Part shown: positions 46,345 to 57,530 of the stretch, in pieces
Layout of the letters: each line of letters begins with the position of its first letter
Numbering within the stretch: position 1 is the first letter of the stretch
NCBI GenBank assembly: GCA_043228905.1
Contig: JBHGNT010000005.1
Coordinates: forward strand, 4,588,001-4,652,000
Source of the DNA: Azolla caroliniana
Lineage: Eukaryota > Plantae > Polypodiophyta
Direction: 5' to 3'
Length of the DNA: 64,000 nt
Position numbers and translations under genes: made by a program
The notes under the pieces: generated by a model
What the model was told of the DNA's origin: nothing
The model's database searches: none
The model's input: only the letters and a program-made list of their open reading frames with translations

Positions 46345-49300
46345 TCAAGACAAAGAGAGAGAGAGCTCTTACAACAGAGATAGGCAAAACTGTCTATTAA
46401 CCAAAATTACATCAAAGCATAAAACATCCAACAAACAACTAAGTTACAATGCGTTGGTTTATATACCAACTAAGCTAGGGCAAGTGCCCTTTCTACTATT
46501 TACAAAACTAGCCCAACACGTCCATGAGCTAGTGTGAAACCTATCTATGGGAAGTTGAGTTCAATTCTCAACACGCCCCTTCGAACACAACTTCCATCTG
46601 TCAAAAAGTTGTTTCGGTCTTCGGAGTACTTCGATTTAAGGAATCGAATTCCGGCTTTATTGTTTTACGCTTCTTATTGCGTGTTACGTGTTGCATAGTC
46701 TATCCGTGCTGCGTATGCTGCGTACTCCCCCTCAAGCTCGACAATGTAGATGTCGTGATACCAAGGTCCGATGCAAATTGCCCGAGCTTGTCGATGCCTA
46801 GAGCTTTCGTAAAAATATCAACAACCTGGAGGTGCGTACTGAGGTGTTGTAGATCGATCTCCCCGGCTTGTACGCCCTCGCGGATGAAGTGGTAATGCAC
46901 TTCGATATGTTTAGTCCGCGCAGGGAATAGGGGATTCCACGCCACGTAGATATTGCTCATGTTGTCGCAATAGAGACGAATTGGATCCTTGATGGGTACG
47001 CCCAGATCCTTTAGTACGCGTTTCAGCCAGACGGCTTAGCATGCGGCGACTGCCGCGCCCCTGTATTCAACTTCCGTGCTCGACAATGCGACTGTCGGCT
47101 GCTTCTTACTACTCTAGGAGATCGCTCCACTACCGAGAGAGAAGACGAATCCGGATGTGGATCGCCTGTCCGCTTTATATCCTACCCAATCCGCGTCTGT
47201 GTACCCTTTGAGTCGAACAATCACATTCGTCTTGTACATAATGTCGTATTCCATTGTCGTACTGACATACCGGAGTATCCTCTTAGCGTAGTCCAGATGA
47301 AGATTTTGCGGATTCTGCATAAACTGGCTAAATAGGCCGACTGAATAACTGAGGTCGGGTCACGTAATGGTCAAATAGATCAAATTGCCGATCAGTTGTC
47401 GATACTGAGTCGGCTCGCTTTCAGCGGTTCCGGAGTTGGCCTCGATCTTGAGATTACGATCAAAAGGGGTAGACATAGGCTTGCACTTGGTCATTCTGAA
47501 CTTGTAGAGTAAGTTGAGAATGTAGTGTCATTGAGAGATCATTATTCCGATTGCCGTCCGAATTACTTCAATACCTAGGAAGTAATGGAGCTCGTGTAAG
47601 TCTTTCATTTTGAATCTGCCGGAAAGAAGTGATTTGATTTTGTTAATCACGGCGAGATCCTTTCCTCCGATGACCAAATCATCCACGTACATGATGATGA
47701 TGATCAGGCTATCCGACTCGTTTCGGATGTACAGAGAGGTGTCAAATTTTGACATCTGAAATCCAACTTGGTGAAGATACTGCGTGATCTTCGAGTGCCA
47801 AGCACGCGATGCTTGTTTGAGGCTGTAGAGTGGCTTCTTGAGTTGGCATACGACGTGCGGATGTTTACGCGATTCGAATCCGGGTGGTTGTATCATGTAC
47901 ACCTCTTCTTCTAACTCTCCTTGGAGGAAGGCATTTTTCACATCCATCTGGTGGAGGTGCCATCCCTTCACTGCGGCGAGTGCAATTACTGTTTGTACAG
48001 TTGTCATTTTTGCCACCGGGGCAAAGGTTTCTTCGTAGTCTATGCCGTGCGTTTGCGCATAGCCTTTCACAACAAGCCGTGCTTTGAAGCGATTTACGGA
48101 TCCGTCAGCATTGTATTTTACTTTGTATATCCATCTGTAGCCAATCACTTTCTTGTTCAAGGGGAGAGGAACGAGATCCCATGTCTTGTTTTTGCATAAA
48201 GCTTCCATCTCCTCATTCATCCGTCGACCCATCGCGGATCCTTTGCGGCTTTGGAAAGTGTTTCTGGTTCTCGTACTGACGCTACTTTCATCATAAAAGC
48301 GTAGTGATACGCCATGTACTCGTCGTAGCCGTAGCAGTTTACAGGGTTCTTTTCACGTGTGGATCGGCGTAGCTCTCGATCCATGGGGGGTATGGCTTTC
48401 TTCGCTCCATCTATGCGGATGTCGAGATCTTCAAATTCACTATCAAGAGAGTGAAGCATCTCGGTCTCTTCCTGATCTTCATATTCCCACATTTTCGCCT
48501 TCCCTTTGTCCAGCTTTGGACTCAGCCAAGATGTGCTTTCATCGCTCGGCGGCTCTGATGGCCCACTCATTCGTGTTGTAATTGGGTTGTCTTCTAACAT
48601 CTGTGTGAGCCGATCCTCAGCTTCTATTTCTATTTCAGTGTCATCAGCGTCGAGCGGGGTTAGAGTTGAAGTGTTCTCTGGTGCGTACTAGGATGCGTAT
48701 TCGTCGAAGACTACGTCTCGACTTGTTCGAACCTTACGGGTGGATGGGTTGTAGCATTTGTACCCCTTCTATGCAAGTGAGTATCCTACGAGGATGCATT
48801 TCTCTGACTTTTGGTCAAGCTTTTGCCACGTATCATCAGGAATATGTACGTAGGCGATAGAACCAAAAATGTGGGCATGTGACAAATCCGGCTTCTTTCC
48901 GAAGAACTTCTCATGCGGAGTTATATCGTGTACTCCCGAGGTTGTGCATTTGTTCATGAGATATACGGCCGTATTTGCCGCTTCTGCCCAATATGATTTT
49001 GGCAGGTTCTTCTCGTTCATCATGGCTTGTGCAACTTCTACTGCATGGCGATTTTTACGCTCTGCTACGTCGTTTTGGTGAGGCGTGTGCTAACACGAAA
49101 ACTCTCGTCGGATTCCTTCTTTTCGGAGATACGACGTAAATTCATCTAAAAAATATTCTTTACCTCCATCTGATCAAAGACAGCGTACATGCCGACCCGT
49201 AGTTTTTTCGACTTCGGCCTTGAATGTCTGGAAGTGCCTGAACACTTCACTCTTCCGCTTCATCGGATAGATCCAGGTGTTCCTGGAGAAGTCGTCGATG

Positions 49301-51090
49301 AAAGTGACATAGTATCGACATCCGCCGAATGTAGTTGTTTGGGCTAGTCCCCATACATCTGAATGTATTACATCCAGGATCCCTTTGCTCACATTCCGCT
49401 CGTTAGGGAATGGGTGACAGCATTGCTTTCCGAATTGACATGCTTCACATACGCCTGTAATCTCCTTTTCCGTAAAGTTCGGGAGTCCGATTACGACTCC
49501 TTTCGATTGCATGTTTTGTAGCTTCTGGAGATTAATGTGGCCGATTCTCTTGTGCCACAGTTTTAAGTCGGTTTCGACTTTCTGGCCCTTTGCGTACATG
49601 GCCAACTTTACCTTGCTCGATTCAAGGATGAACATGCGGCCTTCTCGTCGGTCGTGAGCTACGACTTGATCGCCTTTCTCAATGAAGCATCCGTCATTAT
49701 TGAAGTGTACTTGCATTCCTTGTTCGACAATCTGGCCGACTAAGACCAGGTTTTTCGTAATGGTGGGGACAGGCAACACGTTCTTGAGGTAGGTCTGTTT
49801 GTCGTCGTTTCCGAATGGGACGTTCCCGATATGTTGTATGGGGTGAGTCGTGTCATCTCCTGTTTCGACATATCCGGGATGTTCGGGCTTCCGAAGTTCC
49901 TGAAACCAATCTTCATGGGACATCATGTGATTGGATGCTCCCGAATCGACAAACCATACGTTGTTCGGAGTGGAAGCGATAGTTGACGCAAGTGCGGACA
50001 TTGAGTGCGCTTCGTGCTTCATTATGAACATTCCGCCGCGATCGCCATAGTCGAAGTTCGTGGCGTAAATTGTTCGTTGTCGGCCTTGCTCACGCTTTTT
50101 CTTCCGACACTCCTCTTCGTAGTGGCCGGGTTTTCCGCAGTACCCGCATTCAACTGAGTTCCTACGGTTGCTTGGTCTGGCATGATGACTCCCCCTTCCG
50201 TCGAACTCTGTGGAGCCGTTTTTGTCCGCTTGCCATTGGTGGGTGTTACGAAGTTGATTGTGTCGACCTTGGCCGTATTGGCCTCTCCTGTCGCGATCGT
50301 GTCCTCTTCCTCCATCGAAGTTTGAATGTAGCATCTGTCCTTCGTGTGCGTTGTTCCTTTGACGCACGTGATTCTCTTCGACCAGCAATAACGATTGGAG
50401 ATCAAAAAAGGAGGGAGGATTCTCTCTCGCAAGAATGGCTGATCTTATTGCGCCAAATCGCGGTGCTAGGCCACCGAGGCATATCTGCACCATTTCTTCG
50501 TCGTCAATGCTAACATTGATTGATCCAAGGGCATTGCACAACTCCTTGATCTTTAAGGTGTAGTTGTCGATTGACATGTCTCTTTGTTGAAGATTGGAGC
50601 TTTCGTGCGGCCATATTGGCTACGAAGATCTTCTTGAGGTTTTCCCAACGCCTGCTTTGGCCTTTTTGCCTCTCGAATGTAGCCAAGCATATGATCATGA
50701 ATGCATGATGCAAGGCAATACAACACACAGCTTGCGGCCTACTCTCAAGCGGGATAGTCAGCATGTGTTGGGTTGGGGTGTGATTCGTGAGCTCCTTCGA
50801 TGTAGCTCCAGTAGCCTTGTCCGATAAGGTATTGATGCATCTTGTATACCCAAGATGCAAAGTTTGTTCTGTCGAGCTTCTCGGTAGGAAGAGCGCTTCC
50901 CATTTGAGTATTCATGGTGATTTCTTCTCTGTCGATGGGCCGGTTCTGTTGATCTTCGGCGTGCAGCACAACACAGTCGAATAGGCTTGATCAGGCAACC
51001 ACTCGCTCTGATACCATGTAAAGAAATGAAGAGGCAAGAGTGGTTGTAATGCAACGGAAGATGAGTGAGTGTGTGTGTGTGTGTGTCTCA

Positions 51091-51149
<59 letters not shown>

Positions 51150-51361
51150 GAGAGCTCTTACAACAGAGATAGGCAAAACTGTCTATTAACCAAAATTACA
51201 TCAAAGCATAAAACATCCAACAAACAACTAAGTTACAATGCGTTGGTTTATATACCAACTAAGCTAGGGCAAGTGCCCTTTCTACTATTTACAAAACTAG
51301 CCCAACACGTCATGAGCTAGTGTGAAACCTATCTATGGGAAGTTGAGTTCGATTCTCAACA
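46256..51361 (-). mobile_element. Full-length Ty1/Copia LTR retrotransposon (5.1 kb), ORF disrupted
   Basis: LTRs 46256..46573 and 51017..51361; 5-bp TSD GTAAC (46251-46255, 51362-51366); tRNA-iMet PBS TGGTATCAGAGC (51016-51005); purine-rich PPT next to 46574; order gag, CGYCGKPGHYEEEC, WFVDSGASNHM, LWHKRIGH/CEAC, IHSDVWG, RT (KARLVVKG, HQMDVKNAFL, YVDDL), RNaseH (RTKHIEVHYHFIRE). Confidence 0.97.
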
Positions 51362-51694
51362 GTAACGCACCATTTGAAATATTAAGAGGGGAAAAAATGG
51401 GTCTATGCAAGATGTTTTAAAGTTAAGCAAGCCATTTCAGAAGCTTGAAATTTTATCTTAGGGGTGCTACTTAGCCATTGCAAATGTATGGTTGGAGTAT
51501 ATGTACATAACACCTTTTATGTTAGCCTTCTAATATTGTTTAAAAGTGATGTAGCCATCATTATTAATGATGGGTTACAATCTTTGAATCAAGAGTGAGA
51601 TTGATGCTTATGATTGTGCATCATTATAACATGCTAATAATTAGCAATTAGTTGTAAATATAAAGATTAAAGAAAAGATTGGATTATGGTGCTT

Positions 51695-52279
51695 GTTTAC
51701 ACTAACCACCCTCCAACAAATGACACGAGACAAATGCAAAAACCCATTGATATCCCATGTGATTGAATATAGCCTTGTGTTATAGCTTAGAAGTCAACCA
51801 AACAATGGATCCAAAATAGAGTGTCTACAACATCTCTAAGATGTCATGTGAAAGGGGTATAAGGTGGTCCCCTTCATAGTTGAATTCCTAAAGGCTCCTA
51901 GACTACCACATGTTGCCATGTGTCCCAAATAGCTATAGGTTGTCTCAAGTTCTAGGGTAATGAGTTTTTGCTTCTCCTCCACTCCAATTTAGTAAAAGTG
52001 ACCTTTGAAATTGTTTCATAAGTCTATGTTTGTACCATTAAAACATATGAAATTTAGATCTATCATCACTTGTTTAAAGTTTCAAAAATCTTTGTTAGGT
52101 TTCATAAAGTAACGAAATAGTGACGAAATTTGGTATGGTGATTGTTACAACTTTGAAATCTTTAATTGGCTATCTTACATGTGTTGTATGAAACATCAAC
52201 AAATGAGTAAAAAAATACTTTGTGAGAGAATTTTTTGCATGTGACGAGGTTTAACGAGACTAACAATAGTAGTGTAAAC
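51695..52279. mobile_element. Putative MITE with short TIRs (GTTTACACTA/TAGTGTAAAC) and 9-bp TSD-like flanks
   Basis: Flanks ATGGTGCTT (51686-51694) and ATGGTGCTA (52280-52288); perfect 10-bp terminal inverted repeat. Confidence 0.6.
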
Positions 52280-53324
52280 ATGGTGCTACATCTTTTGCAT
52301 AGGCATGCTCATGTGATATTTGTCGATGGTTAGACCATTCACATCGTGAATTATAAAAAGCAAAGTATGGACCCAAAGTGTTCTCATTCACAAGGAGTGT
52401 TGGTTTTCCTGAATGGGAAGCAAAGTTAGAGCTTCTATTTGTTGTCTCTAGATTAAATTAAAGCGAGTCTCTCAAGGGCTTCAAAATATGTTGAGTTGGT
52501 TATCATTCCCGAACTGTTGTGACACCAAATATTATAAAGAAATGCCTTCAAGATAGCCTTGGGGCTTATTGATGCTGCATGTTCTGAATACAAAGCTACT
52601 TTAACATACTTATGACAAAACTCTTATGCTTGAGATGCCTTACAATATTCCCTAGCCTCCATTGTCAAGGCTATAATTGTATTTGTGTTGTAGCATTGTA
52701 ATTTAAAGGAAGCTGTAAAATGGAACTGTTGAAAGAGAGTGTCATGGTTCAAAACTTTGCTAACCAGCACCATTTCAGTTGAGGAATGAGTTCCATGTTT
52801 TGGAAATAGCCTCTGCCTAGCGTGCAAGGACAATACACGCACTTAGTATTGTTGTCCAAATATGACAAATACTCGGGTCAATAGTATTTTCAATTATGAC
52901 ATATACTTGACCTAATATTGTTGTAAATTGTGTATGGATTTTGCCTCAACTAAGTCAAATTAGGAAATGATTGTTGTCAATCAACCATCAGTGACATCCA
53001 ATTTACTTCATGATATGTAACTGGAGACGAATTTACATACATTCTGCATTATCAAGGCCCAATGATGTCTATTACATGGATCATCCCAACCTTACATTAT
53101 TGATGACATGTTGCGGATTCTTTGATGCAATTCATCAATATCAGCAACTAGTTAATTTCAGAGTAAATGCTATGGCCTAACCCCAAAAATTAACAGTCTT
53201 CTCTTTGGTCATGACTCATGCCTGGCACTTTAGGATCAATACTCCAATTAATATCAAATGTCATATACTAACCAAAATGAATGAGCATTTCAATATATAA
53301 TGGCATTATTCCCCGAATCAATAC

Positions 53325-55379
53325 CTAGTATATTCCAAGCCCCATTTCATTGTCCTTCACTCTTGGAGCCTTAATTTCATCTACCTCCATTTGTACATCA
53401 ACAGCTGCATATAGATTTTGCATGAAAACATACGCTGAAGCACAGTTTTTGTCTAAGCCTATCGATTGCTCAAATGCCCACCTCCCAAGCTTCACATTCT
53501 TCCATTCTATACAAGCACCCAATATAGTCAGGAACAGCGGAAGATGGAAAGAATGAGAAACCTTCTCAAGTAAGGCATTCACCTTGTCCATCCGTGCAGC
53601 TCGGCAAAATAGATCGATCATACAAGTGTAGTGCTCTAGCATTGGATCAAGATGATCGATGGCCCACATTTCATGAAACAGCTTTTCGCCTTCTTTTACT
53701 AAGCCTGCATGAGTGCATGCAGTCAACAAAACAACAAAAGTAACTGAATTGGGTATGACACCTTCTGCTTTCATCCTTTTATACAAGAATAAAACCACAT
53801 TAGCTTGACCTGATTGTGCATGTCCAGCTATTAGGGCACTCCAAGACACAACATTTCGCATGGGAAGACACTCAAATACTTCTCGTGCTTTCTCCAAATC
53901 CCCACACTTGGCATACATGTCCACCAATGCAGTGCCAAGCACAATATCTTTCTCCAGTAATCCTTGTCTTCTGACCTCAGTGCATATATCTTCCCCAATC
54001 TCTAGAGACCCAACCATGCCACAAGCTTTCAAAATGCATGTATATGTTACCCCATCTAGAGAGAAGACTGCATTCCCTATCTCTCTGAAGCATTTCAATG
54101 CTTCATCACCGAGTCCATATTGGACATATCCGGACATAAGAGAACTCCAAGTCACGACATTGCGCACTGGAAGCTTCTCGAACACTTCCCGTGCTTTGTC
54201 CAGAGCACCACACTTGGCATACATGTCCACCAATGCATTCCCAAGCACAACATCTTTCTCCAATAACCCTTGTCTTCTAACCTCAGCATCAATATCTTGT
54301 CCAATCTCAAGAGACCTAACAATGCCACAAGCTTTCAAAATGCATATGTAAGTAACCACATTTGGAACAACTCGGGCATCTTGCATGTGTTTGAAGCATT
54401 TCAATGCTTCATCACCAAGTCCATGCTGGGCATATCCATTGATCATTGCACTCCAACACACAACATTTCGTGTTGGAAATTGCTCAAATACTTCTTGCGC
54501 GTTCCCTATAGCACCACACTTGAAATACATGTCCACCAATGTGGTAGTAAGAATAGCATCTTTTTGCAATAGCCCTTGTTTCCTCACCTCAGCATCAATA
54601 TCTTTCCCAATCTCTATAGACCCAACAATGCCACAAGCTTTCAAAACACATATATAAGTTATAGCATTTGGAATGACTCCAAGATCTTGCATTTGTCTAA
54701 AGAATTTCAATGCTTCATTGCCAAGGCCATGGTGGACATATCCAGTGATCAATGCATTCCAAGACACGATATTCCTGACTGGAAGTTGTTCAAACACTTC
54801 TCGTGCTTTATCCAGATCACCACACTTGGCATACATATCGACCAATGATGTTCCAAGCACAACGTCTTTCTCCAATAACCCTTGTTTTCTAACCTCAACG
54901 TCTATGTCTTCACCAATCTCTAGAGACCGAATAATACCACAAGCTTTCAGGACACTTGCATATGTTACCGCATTTGGCTGAATTTGGTCACTTTGCATTT
55001 GCCTGAAGCATTTTAAGGCTTCGTGGCCAAGTCCATTTTGGGTGTACCCTGAAATAAGGGCACTCCAAGGTACAACATTTCTTTCTGGAAGCTTCCGTAA
55101 GACTTCCGCTGCTTTCTCAAGAGATCCACACTTAGCATATGTCGTGATAAGAGCACTAGCAATGTAAGCATCTTTTGCGATCAAGTTCTTCTTTATAATG
55201 TGAGCATGTATCCTTCTAGCTTTATGTATGTTCTTCTCTTTTTGGCATAATTTCATCAGATTCATGAGGCTGATTCGATCTTTCCAAAGCTCCTCCTCCT
55301 TATCTGTGGAGGTTGGTAAGATCTGGTGATTTGGGGTTCTTTGCAATGGAGGTAGATTCTGCATAAGAACTTGTTCCAT
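53325..55379 (-). CDS. PLS-class pentatricopeptide repeat protein with C-terminal E-like domain (no DYW)
   Basis: Uninterrupted 684-aa ORF with 102-aa S-P-L triplets (DVVLGNALVDMYAKCG / VVSWSALI.GY / VTYICILKACG), then P2-L2-S2 (TFVVLLTACTHAGLV, EHYTCMIDLF) and E-like LGACIEWKNVKLGRWAFEQ...SAYVFMQNLY. Confidence 0.92.
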   Translation of the reverse strand: MEQVLMQNLPPLQRTPNHQILPTSTDKEEELWKDRISLMNLMKLCQKEKNIHKARRIHAHIIKKNLIAKDAYIASALITTYAKCGSLEKAAEVLRKLPERNVVPWSALISGYTQNGLGHEALKCFRQMQSDQIQPNAVTYASVLKACGIIRSLEIGEDIDVEVRKQGLLEKDVVLGTSLVDMYAKCGDLDKAREVFEQLPVRNIVSWNALITGYVHHGLGNEALKFFRQMQDLGVIPNAITYICVLKACGIVGSIEIGKDIDAEVRKQGLLQKDAILTTTLVDMYFKCGAIGNAQEVFEQFPTRNVVCWSAMINGYAQHGLGDEALKCFKHMQDARVVPNVVTYICILKACGIVRSLEIGQDIDAEVRRQGLLEKDVVLGNALVDMYAKCGALDKAREVFEKLPVRNVVTWSSLMSGYVQYGLGDEALKCFREIGNAVFSLDGVTYTCILKACGMVGSLEIGEDICTEVRRQGLLEKDIVLGTALVDMYAKCGDLEKAREVFECLPMRNVVSWSALIAGHAQSGQANVVLFLYKRMKAEGVIPNSVTFVVLLTACTHAGLVKEGEKLFHEMWAIDHLDPMLEHYTCMIDLFCRAARMDKVNALLEKVSHSFHLPLFLTILGACIEWKNVKLGRWAFEQSIGLDKNCASAYVFMQNLYAAVDVQMEVDEIKAPRVKDNEMGLGIY

Positions 55380-56599
55380 TACACATAATTCTGGGTTGTG
55401 CCCAGATTTAGGTATATAACCTTATCGATGGTTTGTCTTCTGTTCTTCTGTATGCGTTTTACTTAATCCCTCACCCTCAACTCTCAACTCTCAACCCCAA
55501 AACTCTAAACCTATAAAAACCATCTAAACTCTAACCCAGTAAACCATTAAACATTAAATTCACAGTGAAGACGGCAGTCAGAATGATCATCAGCATTACT
55601 ACCCTATTCGAATTGATTTAGCAGAAAGCGCTGGAGAAACCATGTTACATGTCTCAAGGGTCTTCTGATTCACAAGCTGAAGAAAGTACCTAATCTTAAC
55701 TAATCTCAAAGTCATAGTTGGTTACCATGCTGGACAGGTTCTCTCTCTCATATATAATGATGGTTACATGAAACTCTCCAAAGGCCATGACCCCGATCTC
55801 AGCGGTGGTATTCCATCTTTCTGGATTCACCTTTTGGTTGGTTGTTCATACTGCTGGCATGAACATGGCCTTGCCTTGCGAGGGCCATGCTGCTACCTTG
55901 GTTCGGAGCATAGATTATCACATTGCAAGTTCATATCAATGAAATAGATGGAAGGAAAGTAATCAGAACTGAGGACCAAAGATATTAGACACCCAATCAT
56001 CAACCCTTGAGCCGACCGGTTTAGGGTTTAGGGATGAAAGCCCTCTTCCATCCTGTTATACACCATACATAGGAGAAATCAACATGCACATACCTAGAAT
56101 GGAGATTCTTACCTACATACGTAGCTCCTGGCAGATCAGAGCTGACATCCAGGTGAATGCTATCAACAAGTTGCAAGAGCAAGTGTATACAGTAGGGCAT
56201 CCATGTCTATTTACACAGTAAAACCCTACATTTATAAACCTACAGCATAATCGGCTTCATTAGATCAGTCATATGGGTTGTCTATGGACAAATAGGCCTA
56301 TGTCTTATCCAAAATCTCCATTAAGCAACATTATGTGTGTGTTCATAAATCATCATCCCATGTAATTGTTCTAGCAGTTTAAGGTTGTGCTTCCGATATT
56401 TACAAGTCTTGGTTGTTACGACTCATGAGCATTCATAATGTTAATAGGCCTTATGAAGGATTTGAACCCCATCACATCCTCGATGCACAACGAAGTTTGA
56501 TGTTGCATGGTCTCAACTCGGAGGATCCTTGAGTCGAATGCGTCTAATCAATTCAGATGCATTCTTAGCAGATGCCTTATAATCGGCATTGATCGAGTT

Positions 56600-56930
56600 G
56601 CACTAGTTGGAACTTTGTGAACATGCGACGTGTTTTGCATCATTGCTTGGGAAAATATCACCATTGCTAGATAATTTTGATGGTTTCTATCGAGCAAAAT
56701 CCAAGGATTGTGGCAAGGAGTGCCTTACTTACATGATGGACTTTTCCCTTCTTGGATGTTATATTCCATTGGAGAAAGAGGCATTAATCAATCAATTCCG
56801 TCGTCAACTACCCAACGATGTGAAGGATTTTCTTGTTATAATCTTTCATAAAGATCCCAAATCAGTCCAAAGGGGATTAGTTGAGTTGTGTGATTTGATA
56901 ATCACTAATATAAAAGATGTCACCTCCTAA
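56600..56930 (+). mobile_element. Possible Ty3/Gypsy gag relic
   Basis: EALINQFRRQLPNDVKDFL...KDPKS resembles the retrotransposon gag capsid C-terminal motif; degenerate. Confidence 0.35.
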
Positions 56931-57155
56931 ATCATAGCAAAATGTGTCCTTTTTAGTGGTGGTGGTCGCACTAGTTTCTAGGTTGTCTAATTATAAGCAC
57001 AAGGTTTGTAATGTTCATCACTTGTAATTATTTCAAGAGGTTTAATGGACACACAAGAAGTTTAGGGGGTGGGGTGGGGGGTAGGTTTCAACATTCATTC
57101 AAGGACAAAGAGCTTTGCCCTCCACATCGTGCAAAGCGGTGTTTGACAACCTTTG

Positions 57156-57386
57156 CTACGTGGGTCTACAAAAATACAATTGGGGTCTGAGAAATGGGTT
57201 CTTGTTTGATGGTTTCCATGGAGTGCCACAACAAGCACACAAGAGAAGAAGGTGATATTGATCTAACTAGCTTCGCTACGTGGGTCTAAAATACAAACGG
57301 AGTCTGAGAAATGGGTACTTGTCTGATGGTTTCCATGGAATGCCACAACAGACAAGCACACAAAGAAGAAGGTGCTGATATTGATC
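57156..57386. repeat. Two-copy tandem duplication (~110-120 bp)
   Basis: GCTACGTGGGTCTA...GTCTGAGAAATGGGT...GAAGAAGGTG..GATATTGATCT at ~57156 and ~57275. Confidence 0.85.
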
Positions 57387-57530
57387 TGGAAATGATCAAG
57401 ACTAGTTCCTCTAGGCACGTTTTGTGGAGAGCAATTGCACTTATGTCGGCTAGTCAGGTAAAGCACCACCTTATGGAGGGGTGATGATAATTATAATTTA
57501 TGATGATGAAATCTTAGTACAATAGAAACT

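Noticed and set aside
45900-52930. hAT/ZNF862-like transposase relic around the Copia, with a matching right end near 52930
   Set aside because: Only faint peptide resemblance; no matching TIR or TSD found, so not annotated as a feature
53350-54981. Plus-strand ORFs with repeated motifs
   Set aside because: Antisense shadows of the PPR repeats
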